Shown here in pieces: positions 41,299-53,479 of a DNA stretch of 64,000 bases (position 1 is its first letter; the number at the start of each line of letters is the position of its first letter). The stretch lies in assembly GCA_965112155.1 (NCBI GenBank), contig OZ218109.1; one strand, 5' to 3'. The notes beneath the pieces are model-generated. The model ran no database searches and was not told the DNA's origin. It saw only the letters and a list, made by a program, of their open reading frames with translations. This DNA comes from Podarcis liolepis (Eukaryota). A program made the translations under genes and the position numbers.

Positions 41299-44200
41299 CA
41301 ACTAGCACCCAAATGTTTTTGCAGAGATACTGAGCTTTAAAAAATAAGTGTCTCTGGTGTCCATTCTTACTCCAGGGCATCTTGCTGGAGATCAAAGATG
41401 TGCAATTTAAGAGTAGTAGTACAAGCAAAACATAAGGTCAGTTGTTTATGCAGTGATTAAGACCTCTGTGGAAATCTTGCAAGATATGCATTGCCAGCTA
41501 CAGCAAGCAACTGGAATTTAAATTAGTGAATCTAATACACAAACAAAAAGTATCCAGCTTCTTAAGAAGAGTAAGATGCTATTAGACAAGAAACTGATGC
41601 AGAAGGAAAAACAACTGTATAATGCAACAATGTGACAGGGCAATTTACAGTAAGTGGACATGACAAAAGCTTGGTATAGCAACAGTTAGTGATATTGTCA
41701 GTTTCAAGTGGAGTTCCAATGGGACCACCAAGACGCAGTCTTATGTTTGGATTCTGTCAGGCCCCTCTGCCCACTGAACCTCTCGTCTTTATCTTTGCTT
41801 AATGCCTCAAAATTTGAACTTTTGTTCTTCTACTATTGTTATTCTGAGATTATGAATGGAAGAGCTCTTTCTGTTTGCAGCAGGAATAGGAATTCAGAAA
41901 ATGCTGCCAGGGTGCAGGGCAGGGTAACATTTTCCGCTACCCTCTCCTTCCCCCAGCAGCCCCTTTCTCACGATGCTCCAGAATGTCACCAAATGGTGCA
42001 AACCACAAGGGGATGCAGGGGGAATGGCAGAAAATGCCACTGCCCCCCCCCCCACATCCTAGTGGGAGCTTCCTACCAAATGAACTCCACCCACAGGTTG
42101 TTCCCACCAGCAGAACTTTAGTTAAGATCTGATCCCAAATTATTATTCTTTTCGTTCTTTTACATGCTTTTCTGTTTTTAATGTAGTATAAATTCTGTTA
42201 ACCGAATACAAAACTAAAAATATAGCATGGTCTATGATAATTTCCTCGTTCAACGCTAAATAAGCTACATGTCATAAACACAGCTTGAAACATAATATTG
42301 TAATAATGAAACAATTTTTATAATGTCTTAAAATATGAGAAAAATACCTTTTCCCAGGGCAAGAAAAAACATGATTTTCCTGGCAAAGCCTACCCCTAAT
42401 AAATACCATGCAAACCCTACCATTAAGTTGAAAGTAATCTTCATTTTAGGCAAGCATTATCCAGAAGCAACTTTTGAAAATAGTTTTAAAGGCTTTATTA
42501 TTTTTATAGCATATCCTCCAGATTGTTGATAATAGCAGGCTGATATTTTTGCGTAGATAGCAATTTAATGTTCGGCAGCTCATTTATATTTATTTTTAAA
42601 TTGGTGTGCTGCCAAACATGGTTCCTCGGATCCCTCGGGCTGGCTAATACCATATCATAAATATAAGAACAGTACCAATTTAAAATACAGAAACATAATA
42701 CAAGGGGGTGGGGAACCTATCTGGCAGGTTCCAGAAACATTTAAGTGTGTGTGCCCTTTCTTTAAGACTTCACTCCCTCCCCTCAAAGCCTGAAGCAGGA
42801 AGGATTTAATCAACTATCTCAAAGTAAAAATTGAGCTAGTCATGTTGTAACAGGACTTTTATGACTTGAAAAAGCTCCAGTGGATGGCACTGTGCAGATA
42901 AAACAGTGGTGAAGGTAGGATTTCTTCACAGACATCACCAAAGAATCTGTGTTCAGCTGAACCTAACTTGACCTTTCCTACACCTTTCTGCACCTCATCA
43001 AACAGTTCCTTCATTGTTCTCAATTGCCTTGAATATCTAGAGCAAGTCTGACCAGGCCTGATGGGAGTTGGAGTCTGCCAACATCTGGAGGTGCATTGGC
43101 TACTCCTGTTCTACAGCCATCATGTCCAACACTCAAGTCGGTTCCAGTGGGTGATGGAGGACCAATCTTGGTCAGCCAATTGGTCAAACTAACCCATGAA
43201 GCTATTTGCCCCAAAACATACCCACCTGTCCATCAGCCAGTGTCACTGGGTAACTTCAGCTGATGGATAGGGGACAGGGTAAAATCCTGCTGAGTACTGT
43301 GAATCCTGTAGGCAGCAGGACTACACTCTCTGCTCATCAACTGGAAAGCAGGAAACTCAGTCTTTCTGGGATTTGCTTTGCCAGCACATTCCCTGCAGGG
43401 AATGAGCTCAGGAAGCAGACTGCTCCCCACACTGCCACAGGAATCCCCACCTATCAGTCAACTGACATAAGATAACTGACATGTTGTGGCCCACCCCCCA
43501 TCAAAGTTGGGCCCCAGGGGTCGGGGGAAGATAAAATGTGGCCTATTGAGCTAAGTAGTTATCCATCCCTGAGCTAGAGCTTTGACAGGACAGTCTGCCA
43601 AGTGCACCAAAAATGCAGTTTGGAAACCAACTAGATCCATCAACCTTCAGATGAGAACAATCCTTCTTGGCCTACCACGTCTGCAAGACTTGACAGATAC
43701 TCCCAGAAAGTCAACTGTCCATGACAATGGAGTAGTTGCATCCCCCAAACAGCACCCTCTACCCATTAAGACAGTACCCTAATCGATACACATATTCCAT
43801 GTCAGTAACCACAAGTTCATGGAAGTTAACTCCTTATTTATAGTGGTAATACAACAGCAGAGACTACAAAGCTGAACTGAAAATTCTTGAAGTATAAGAG
43901 CTGCTTTTCCATACAAAGTAGCATGAAGGCAAGACCAACTTGTTTCTTGATGCATATTTTCATCTCTTACACTAGACTCCTACACAGAATAAGAGATAGC
44001 TTTGCATCAATAACAATCCATGTCCTATTTCAAGAAAATTATGCTAATGAATCATTAGGCAAATTAAAGCTAAGCTAAAGTAAGCAATGCAGACTTTTGC
44101 TTTCTTCTAATAAGCACATTTGGGGCTCTTAGCCAAAATTTAAAAATCATGTTACTGATTCCCTCTAAAAAGCATTATAGCAAGAAACCTGGCTTGTAAG

Positions 44201-45150
44201 TTAAAATGAGAGTTTAAATATGTTTGTATTAGTGCCATGTTTTTATCTTTTATCCTGTTTTTGCTTTTTGTAAGCCACCTCAACAAGTCTCAAAAAGAGA
44301 TGGGTCTATAAAATAAAACTTTATCATGGAACCATGGAAAAGGAAAGTAATCACCAAGGAAACCCAAATTAAGCGTTCACAAAAATGAAAAAAATTAAGC
44401 ACAGATAAGTTTCCATGTATTTTAATACAAACAACCTGCATTGGCTCCAAAGTCTTATTCAAAGTGCTGATGACCCTAAATGGTGTGGGTCATGGATACA
44501 TCTCTTCTTCTATATGAGCCTAGCCACAGTTTAAAGACCTTCTTCAGGAGCCCTTCTCCATGTGCTCCCTCTATAATGGATGGGTACAGGGTTGGGCAAG
44601 CTAGTGTGTGCTGTGTGGATGTTGCTGGACTACAAATTTTGCCAACCCTGATCATTAGCCATGCTGGCTTGGGGAGAAGGAAACACCATTTTAAAGTCAG
44701 GTGGTATCATCAAGTAGTTGCTTGTCATATTAAGTGTGCCACTTGAGTTAGCAAACCATAGCCACCGAAGGAATTAAATAACCTTCACTGTTCACTTACA
44801 CTGAATTATTTTTGCATAAAATTAAAGTCTACAATTTATATACAGCCCTCTAGCATGATGCAGTGCTCTCATTCTCCATGTGTAAGAGGAAGATAAGATT
44901 TCTCATATACATGCTGCAAGAATAAATACATTTTACAGTGATGAGCACCTAAATTATTAAATATACAAACCCCGAAATACCTAAGTTTCAGAGCTCTTTA
45001 GAATAACAGAATATTTATACGTGGGGCTCCAAAAATCTTAACCACACAAGCTATGTTCCAATTTTATCAGTTTATGCAACTGAACTGCAGAAAAAGGAAC
45101 AAAATCTTTAAATTACTACAGAGTTTTTTTTGAAAAGGTAAAAGACTTAC

Positions 45151-45205
45151 CCCCATTATCAGTCCTCTTCAAAGCACCATCCTTATGAGGGCATAATTCG
45201 CATCT
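45151..45205 (-). CDS. MLLT10: MLLT10 coding exon (55 nt): RCELCPHKDGALKRTDNG(G)
   Basis: ttcctgcag|AGA...GGGG|gtaagt. Encodes the Zn-knuckle of the PZP domain. Confidence 0.97.
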
Positions 45206-46572
45206 CTGCAGGAAGGCAAACAGTTATTAAAACAAGAAATAAGGTACCGTTCAAATATTTTCTGTAGTTGACCCATTTCCTATTTGTCTCCTTTCTCAAA
45301 AATATAGATGCTTTCCTTAAGTTAAAAAAACTCTCTCTAACAGATATCTATGTCTTAAATCACAGCTCAGTATCCAACATTTCACACACATGGTTTCTAT
45401 TCATCTAAAGCTACTTATGAGAATGGCCATTTCTGGAGCTCAATTTCTAAATTATAGACAAGCCAAACCTCCAGAGCCTTTAAGTTCTGTATTTACAGGA
45501 ACAACGACACAAATAAGACAACCATGGGTGCTTCTGCATACACACACTGCTCCAAGTAATAGTGCTAAAAGCAACACTGTTGTATCAAAACCCACAAGAT
45601 AGATCTGTTCTGCATGAGCCACATAATATTATGGCCTAAAAGAATCAATGCCAACCATTATTGCAAAACTTTATGTTGAGACTGTGATGTTTAGTACAGT
45701 ACTAACCATATCCAGAATTCAAATTAAAGTTGGTTATCTCCACGCTAGCATTATGAAGCTGAGTTCAAACAACCAATATTAAATTCAATACATTTGAAAG
45801 TAGCAGGAGGGTTATGTCGTTTATATTTATTAAGTAATTTATATCAAAATCCAGTTATATCAAAATCCAGAACTTCAGTTCTCCATAGATACTTCTTTTT
45901 TACTTCATTGCCAATACAGAATTATAAGAAAGCTTTATCAGTACTTGCAAAAGTATCCTCCAAAACTGGAATTAATAATACCCAAAGAAGTTCCAGCCAG
46001 AGAGCTGCAGGCAGACTACAGAGCCAACCTGATTTATCTCTCTTTGGTTTACAGTGTATTCTCACAGTGGGGTGGTAGGTGTCCAAAAATCAGAGTAAAA
46101 CATTTATCAAGATAGCAGAGTACCACACTTCTGATGGCACAGCGTTTGTGTCTGACTTCTCTCTCTCCCCCCCCCCCTTGTTGCAGGGAGTCAATGGGGA
46201 AGAAAATGAAGGTTAGCATTCCCTCACAAGATCCTCTGCCATCCTCTCCCCTCACCAAAAAAAGGTCGTGGTGGTGGGAAACACAACTATGAATCATGCA
46301 GTACAGTATTTCTGCAACTGTTAGCCTCTGAGCAGCACTGAAAATCCTGCCTGGTTCTCTCTGTACTTCCATATTAAAACTAGAACATGAAAAAATCCAG
46401 GCAAAGGGGAAAAAATGAATTTCTATGGCTTCCAGCGGATATATGCCCATTGTTAACCTGAGAATGAGAAAGCTTCACCCCCTGCTAAGAATAATACATT
46501 TTGAGCAATGCTACCAAGATAAGAACTAGATTAGAACATGTACCCAAGTATGACACACCAATTCAAACTTAC

Positions 46573-46652
46573 CACTCTAGCTGCTCTTTCCTGAGATTCA
46601 CATTTTCTACAAAACCAAGGTCCAGTAGGTACTTGTACAATTCCATAGCATG
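46573..46652 (-). CDS. MLLT10: MLLT10 coding exon (80 nt): (A)CYGIVQVPTGPWFCRKCESQERAARV
   Basis: ag|CATGC...AGAGTG|gtaagt. Phase 1 to 0 fits the flanking exons. Encodes the C-terminal half of PHD1. Confidence 0.97.
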
Positions 46653-47033
46653 CTATTTTGGGAGAAGAAACCAAATAATCATATTAAAAATATGTATATT
46701 ATACAGAAAAAATAAGTCCTGCTATACACACATAGGTAAGTGCAAGGGTCATTCTGAGAGTACATTTGCAAACTGGAGAAACTGTTGCGGACACCACACA
46801 TACATTTCAACCAAGCACACACCATAATGTATTCTACTGGCTACCACAGAATGTTTCTTTCAAGTCTAACTTCAACAGGGGGAGAGGTGGAAGAGAGGAT
46901 GCTGTGGGAGCCCTTGGTCAACGGGTAAATAAATTTTATTTCATCTGTCTAAAAATCACAGGTTATCAGTTTATTTTAGGGTTGTGCATTGGATTCAGAA
47001 GAACTCAAGCTAAGATTTGATGCCTCAGTAGTA

Positions 47034-47206
47034 CAGTCTTTGCTTCAGGTTGCGCGTTTTCAGGTTGTGTCCCACGGCAACCCGGAAGTACCGGAAAGGG
47101 TTACTTCCTGGTTTTGCCGTTTGCGGGTTGCGTTATTTTCAGGTTGCGAACAGGCCTCCGCAACCTGAAAATAACAGGATCCCGTTCGCAACCAGAGGTA
47201 CCACTG
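47034..47206. mobile_element. Tc1/mariner MITE, deleted relative of 3763-4022
   Basis: TA|CAGT...gaggtaccACTG|TA termini. Shares the acccggaagta / gggttacttc core with the 3763 copy. Confidence 0.8.
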
Positions 47207-48054
47207 TATTGTAAGCTTACCTGGGTAATGACAGGGCCTGTGCAAGTCTGCACCAGTTAAAGCAGGGGCCCTAAACCACTTCATATTGACTCAGTGATAC
47301 AGACCTTTTAAAAATACTGCAGTCAAATGTCTACTAAAACTGAAGCTATGCTTCTATGCTTACCACACAAGGAAAATGCCAAATTGTGAGGTGAAGGGGC
47401 AACAGGTACACTACAAAATTGAAATTTAGCTCGCCAAGCTTAGGAAAGATGTCAGTATAGAATGGGATAGCTTCTTCACAAAAGACAGGTCTAGCTTGTA
47501 ATCATAAAGCAACCCCCTTTTAGTTATTCCTATGCCAAAATCCATTTTTATAAGGTGTATCCCACCTACTTGCCTGCAGAGTTCGAAATTAGCAGGGCAC
47601 CAGGCACATTTTGCACATGCAGATTCTCCATTTGCGAGCACCTCAGAAAGTTTAGGTGCCATTTTTTGCGCCTGGCTGACACTCAAGGATTACTGAAATG
47701 TATGTGCTTTGAAGCCTTGAAGTATATGTTAAGGATAGACAATCCTTGACTCCTTAAGAAGTTTAACAATAAAGAGTAGTGTTTGGAAAACTGAAGTATA
47801 GTACCAATATTTTTATTTCAACACCAAATTAAACATATATTAACAATTTCCTGCTAAAAATGTGATATTAACAATATGTCTCTTATGCTTATCAAAATAA
47901 TAAATAAAAAGTGTTGCCAACCCCCACCCCACCCCCTGACATTCTGTTTTGGCACCCAAAACCCAGGTCTCAGAAGCCATTTGGCTCCTAGCTTTTCTAT
48001 CCTAGCTTCTAACACTGCTTGCCTGTAATTTAGCAAGCATTATCCACTCTACAA

Positions 48055-48371
48055 GGGATGCAGGTGGTGCTGTGGGTTAAACCACAGAGCCTAGGACTTG
48101 CTGATCAGAAGGTCGGTGGTTCAAATCCCCGCGACGGGGTGAGCTCCTGTTGCTCAGTCCCTGCTCCTGCCAACCTAGCAGTTCGAAAGCAAGTCAAAGT
48201 TCAAGTAGATAAATAGGTACCGCTCCAGCAGGAAGGTAAACAGTGTTTCCGTGGGCCGCTCTAGTTCACCAGAAGCGGCTTAGTCATGCTGGCCACATGA
48301 CCCAGAAGCTGTATAGCGGCTCCCTCGGGGTCACAACTGGACCTAATGGTCAGGGGTCCCTTTACCTTTAC
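48055..48371 (+). mobile_element. Sauria SINE with a shortened 3' part
   Basis: Head, B box and (accttt)n tail. 13-bp TSD tatccactctaca at 48041-48053 and 48372-48384. Confidence 0.95.
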
Positions 48372-50303
48372 TATCCACTCTACAGGGACCTAGTATGCCT
48401 ACAGAATTTGTTAACTTCTGTCAAAAGAAAGAAAGTTAAGTGTCTCTCTTTTTTTGCCCATTAATGAATGCAGGGGAGAAACAAGAGCTCCTTGAACCAA
48501 GGCTGGGTGTTTCCTATAGTATCAAATCTTGTGGTCTAAATGTGCATGCAGACACACACAACATACACACACCAAAGAGGCCGGATTCAGTCAAGTATGG
48601 TAAAGAAAGAAAATTCTACTAATTTCAAAAGGCATTTACAGCCAAATGAGTTTATAACTGACACTTGCACAATTCTGGGTGCAATCCACATCCTATTGAA
48701 AGCAAAACAGAACTACCATTGTTTCCAATTACACAAATTGCATTTTTTGTTACAAATAAAAACATTGTATAAAAACAGGCTTGCAGAGCAGACTGCCAAA
48801 TTTAACAACAACATGTAGGTGTCACTATAAAAACGATATCCAAAAACTTAAGGAGAGTCATTTTTACACTCAAAAGTACGTCCATTTCTAATCAGTACTC
48901 TTGTTATCTAATATACCACAACAGAGGATATGTGCAGCATTATCACAGAAGAAAGCACATTAGCCCAAAGATGCAGTCTCATCTTGAACCTGAATTCTTG
49001 TTTAACAATGGCTGCACTCACACATAACAATAAGCCAAGAACTGTGGCTAAACAACCCATGTTGTATGTGCCCAGTTACTTCTGTTTCACTCCATGCTTC
49101 CTGCGAGTGCAAACCCGAGAAAAGGAGAGTTAGCATTATATCCAAACCCAGGATCGTTAAACCTTGGCTTAAAATTGACTTAAGTTTGGTTCAAGATACT
49201 TGGTTTACAGACCTGGCTTGTTAGGAGAAACAACCCACGATCCCAGGTTTGGAAGTAATGCTAAGTTAACCCTTCCTAGTTTGTTTATTTGCTCATGCAA
49301 AAGAAGAAACTAAGTGACAGCAATCAGCCTGCATGCACTAGCATAAACCTCCTGCACAGTATGGTGTATAAGCCAAGGTTCTTAGCTTACAATTATATGT
49401 TAAATGTGGCCACTGAATCACTGGCACTTGAAGGCGTTCACCCTTATGTGCCTGCTCTTTTCCATGACTCCTCTCTAGTTTCACACTTTGCTGGAGATAA
49501 AGCCTCCCCCAATTAGACCCAAATCTGAAGTCTAAAGTTAAATAATCCATTTGATCTTGCATACCTAAGCTCCTGTTTGTGCTTCTCAGCCTGCCATCTC
49601 TTGTGACCTACCTCCTGTTATGCATTTTACTCTTTCCACAGTTCCTGCTCCCAGTCCTTCTGAATAATCTACCCAGCTGTGACCTACTATCAGTTGTGAT
49701 GTTGGTTCTTCTTTTGCATGTACGGTATAAACTGACTGCACTGTCTCTCTTCTGACTCCTGAGGTCTGGTTCCTCTTTATGCTTTGTGCCTTAGACTTTT
49801 TTCAAGGTTCCTGATCCCTCTCATCTGGCTCTCATTCCATGGCTCCTCAAAACCTGCTGTTTGTAGACTCTGCATATACATCCAGAGCTCTAATTCTGCA
49901 GCAACAAGCTTATCAGGTGTAAACCCAATGAAAACACCCATCCCTACAACAAAGTGCTCACAACTGCAGCACTCTGTACTCATTCCCATAGGCATTTAGG
50001 CCAAAAGTGTAATTTCCCCCTTATTGGGAAGTGTGCCAGAGACAGTCTCTTCTGGTCTTAAATGGCCCAAGAGGCAGATGAGCTATTTCAGATTCCAAGA
50101 AAGACTGCAGAAGCAGCAGGAGGGGACAAGTGAGAGAAATGCAATAGAAAACACCCATGTACTCCTCCAGAGAACAAGGAAACTAAATATTTTACAGTCC
50201 TTATCATGTCTATCTACTCAGGCAATGTGAATAACCCTGCACACCTGTGCAGTCCCATCCTGATTAATGAAACTTAAGAAGTCAAATCTATACTCAAGTA
50301 CAT

Positions 50304-50330
50304 ATTATTATTATTATTATTATTATTATT
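50304..50330. repeat. (ATT)9 microsatellite, probably the tail of a decayed minus-strand retroelement
   Basis: Direct count. Followed by atttatatagcacc...ggcgcttt. Confidence 0.85.
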
Positions 50331-53300
50331 GCTGACATTTATTTATATAGCACCATCAATGCACATGGCGCTTTATACAATTAAAGTGAGAAATTCTGGA
50401 GCTCAAAACAGGTATACATACTCAAAACTGCCTTCCATCAGCATTTGCCAATGCTGCTTATACCTTTTATACTCTTAAGCCTCAACAATTTACCCTCACA
50501 TGATTTACGATGAAATGCTACATATGTGCAAGTCTCTCTAAATCCATGTGTCACAGGCATGACTGAGCTTAGGAATTAATATTGCAGAGACCACTGTGCA
50601 AACAGATCAACTAGCCCAGGGCTTTATATAGTCCAGAATTCAACTGCATCATAAAGCTAAATACCCTGAATATGTGCACAAGCAGAGAGCATGTAACAAA
50701 ACTAAGTTGGAACAGCGGATCGTATAGAAGTCTACTTGAGCACTCAGAATTCATTAGTGCATCAGATCAGCACTATATCTCTGGATAGCTTGAGTTATAC
50801 AGCACACAGTATGATCTTATGTGTATTTACTTGGAAGTTAAATTGCATGGATTAAATTGGGTTTACTTCCAGATATATATGCATGAGACGGGGCCTTAGA
50901 TACACTTTGCAGTGTAGGCTGAAGCTCCCAACCAACCACAACTGCAGTGGCTCCTGCATCTGAATTAATAAAAATCTTGGGTGTATTGGGAATGTTTTCC
51001 AAAACAGAGCCAAATATTTCTATCACCTAATTAGCCAAAGTGATTTCAGAAATTTTGGGAACTGGTGTTGTCAGCATGTCCAAAAAGATGGAATAAACCT
51101 CATGATGCCTCTAACCAGAACAAAAAAGAAAATACAGGGTCTCTCTTAATACGTAAGTTGTGCAAAAGTAACTGGCTATCTTAAAGCAAATTTCCATGCT
51201 AGCACCCCTCTCCTTTCCTTATCTAGAAGAAAATGTTTATGTCCTACTCCATTTACTCCTCAGTGTTAGGACACCATCAGATGCCATGCTTAGTCTCCAT
51301 GTCCTAGGCTGCCATCACATAAACAAAGAAGGTTAGTTACTTTAGAGGAAGGGGATACTTATTTCTTTACTGTTCACATACTTTGCATGTGTGAGTACAT
51401 TCCCCACAAGAAGAACCAATTCAAATGGAATAACTATTCAGGTGAAGATTGCTCTGGTTTCCCTTTTTAAGGTGTCATCTCACATTATTTCTGCAGCTCT
51501 ACAAAAGTCTCCCACAATTTCAAATTCCTTTACTTAACATGCTGTCACTGAAGATTGGACCACTAAAGGAATGACAGCTGTTCCTCACTACTGTCCTGTT
51601 GCACAGTCACCTTGCTTCTAGGCTCCCTGGGGAAATAGCAGCTACTACAGGAAGAGGGGGGCCCTAAGCTGTTTCTTCTCCACGGATGTCTAGCTCCCTC
51701 CAACAGGTTTATTAGTACACATGAAAGCAATAATAGAAGTTTGGGCGTGAAGTTTTCCCAAGTAAAGCTTTCCTGAAATATAAAGGAAATAGTATTTTGA
51801 TTTTCCCACAGCATATTCATAGTATTTAATTTAATTTCCATAGAGAGATCCAAGCCTTATTGCAAATAACTTTGAGGACCCTGATGCAGACCCAAACAAT
51901 GATATAACAAAACAGACATTTGCAGCTATTTTTCAGATAATGTAAATTATATGTGCATTTACTTGGGAGCAAACCCCACTGAACTAAATGGGATATACTC
52001 TGAGAAAACATGCACAGAATCAGGCTTTCTGGTGCTTTTTCAGAATCAAATTACACACCTAGTGCAACTATGATTTAAAAGCAAAACAAATACACTAATC
52101 AATATTAGTCTCACATGAGTACTTTTGTACTGTAACTCCTCCTATAAGTCTCCCTATTCCACTTTCAATTTCTTACTTACTTCCTATTTCCCATTCTCAG
52201 ACTATGCCTTAAAGATTTTGCAAACTCATAACCACATCAACAGAAGAAAAAGCTGGGTTAGCTGCATGTGTGGGAAACTGAATAAGAGCACAGATGCCAC
52301 AGTCTCTCACTTTCATTAAAAACTGAGACTTACTATAAATATAGATATCAATTTCAGTTTACAGAGTACAGAGGATTCCACAAACAATATACTGCAGGGT
52401 GCACGTAAACTAAGGTTTTTCTGCAATCCAATAGTCATGCTGAAAGGGGATGGGGCACATCTGCACCACTTTGTAATAGGTCACCATCTGCGGCCCATTT
52501 CCTGGTTGCTCACATGAAATCTCATACCTCTAAAGACGCATAAGCTTTTGTGAAATGAGAGGGGAGCTGAAGTTTCACATTGCCCCTTGACTTGGACAAT
52601 GTCCCATCCCTCCTCTTTCTCTAGCACATGCATCTATTCACCCAGACACCTTGACCCCTTTTTCAATGCACTGAATCAAACACATAGGTGCACAGTTGCA
52701 ATTCTAAAAATTTGGCATTTGCTGTAACAAATAATAGTAAGCCCAGACCTGAAATTCTGGAAAAGTACATGCATGCACACTGGAAACATAAAAAGATTAG
52801 TTCCAAGGTGTCACCCTTCGGGTGGAAGAGAATTCCTGAAGATTTTCATGATAGACAAGTTCACATGAAGGAATGACAGTTTATTCCATTCTCCAGTGCT
52901 CCTTCTGACTAGTCACAAACTATGTAGCCCTGCAGCCACCTCTCACAAACAGGATTAAAAAACAATCTGGATCAGCTGGATCTTTTGTACTATCATGTAT
53001 GTACTCGCATACTCTAAGTTACGACCGCAACAGTAACATATTCCAGACGTAAAGGAAACTCATACAGATCATCAGAGACAAGCAGAGACACACTGTGCTC
53101 ATTATAGCAAGCAAAACAGCAACACAGCCACTCAGCTGGGCACCAGCCAACTGCTCTCCCTCCACTAATCCAAACAAATCTACCATCAAAGGATAAGTCA
53201 GTCCACAGTGCCCCTTTCCTCCCCTCCCCCAACACTCTCCTACCACAAACAGGAAGTCTCCTCATCCAGCAGACACCATCCAGCCAAAGGACGCTCCGGC

Positions 53301-53479
53301 AGAGGCAGTCGGGAGGAAAGGGGCAGTCACATGACAGCTAACTCTCTCCCTTTGACAAACACGTTTTCTGGCTTCTTACCTAGGTTTAGGAGACAGGAGG
53401 AGGAGCAAGACTTTTCGAGGACGTGCCAAAAAGTGCAAAGGGATACCGACTCAGCAGGCAGGGGCAATTTTGCTAAAAG

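Noticed and set aside
42701-43571. Possible hAT element bounded by caggggtgggg-like and catccctg ends (similar start at 25122)
   Set aside because: No matching 8-bp TSD and a heterogeneous interior. Probably several unrelated decayed fragments whose boundaries cannot be supported.
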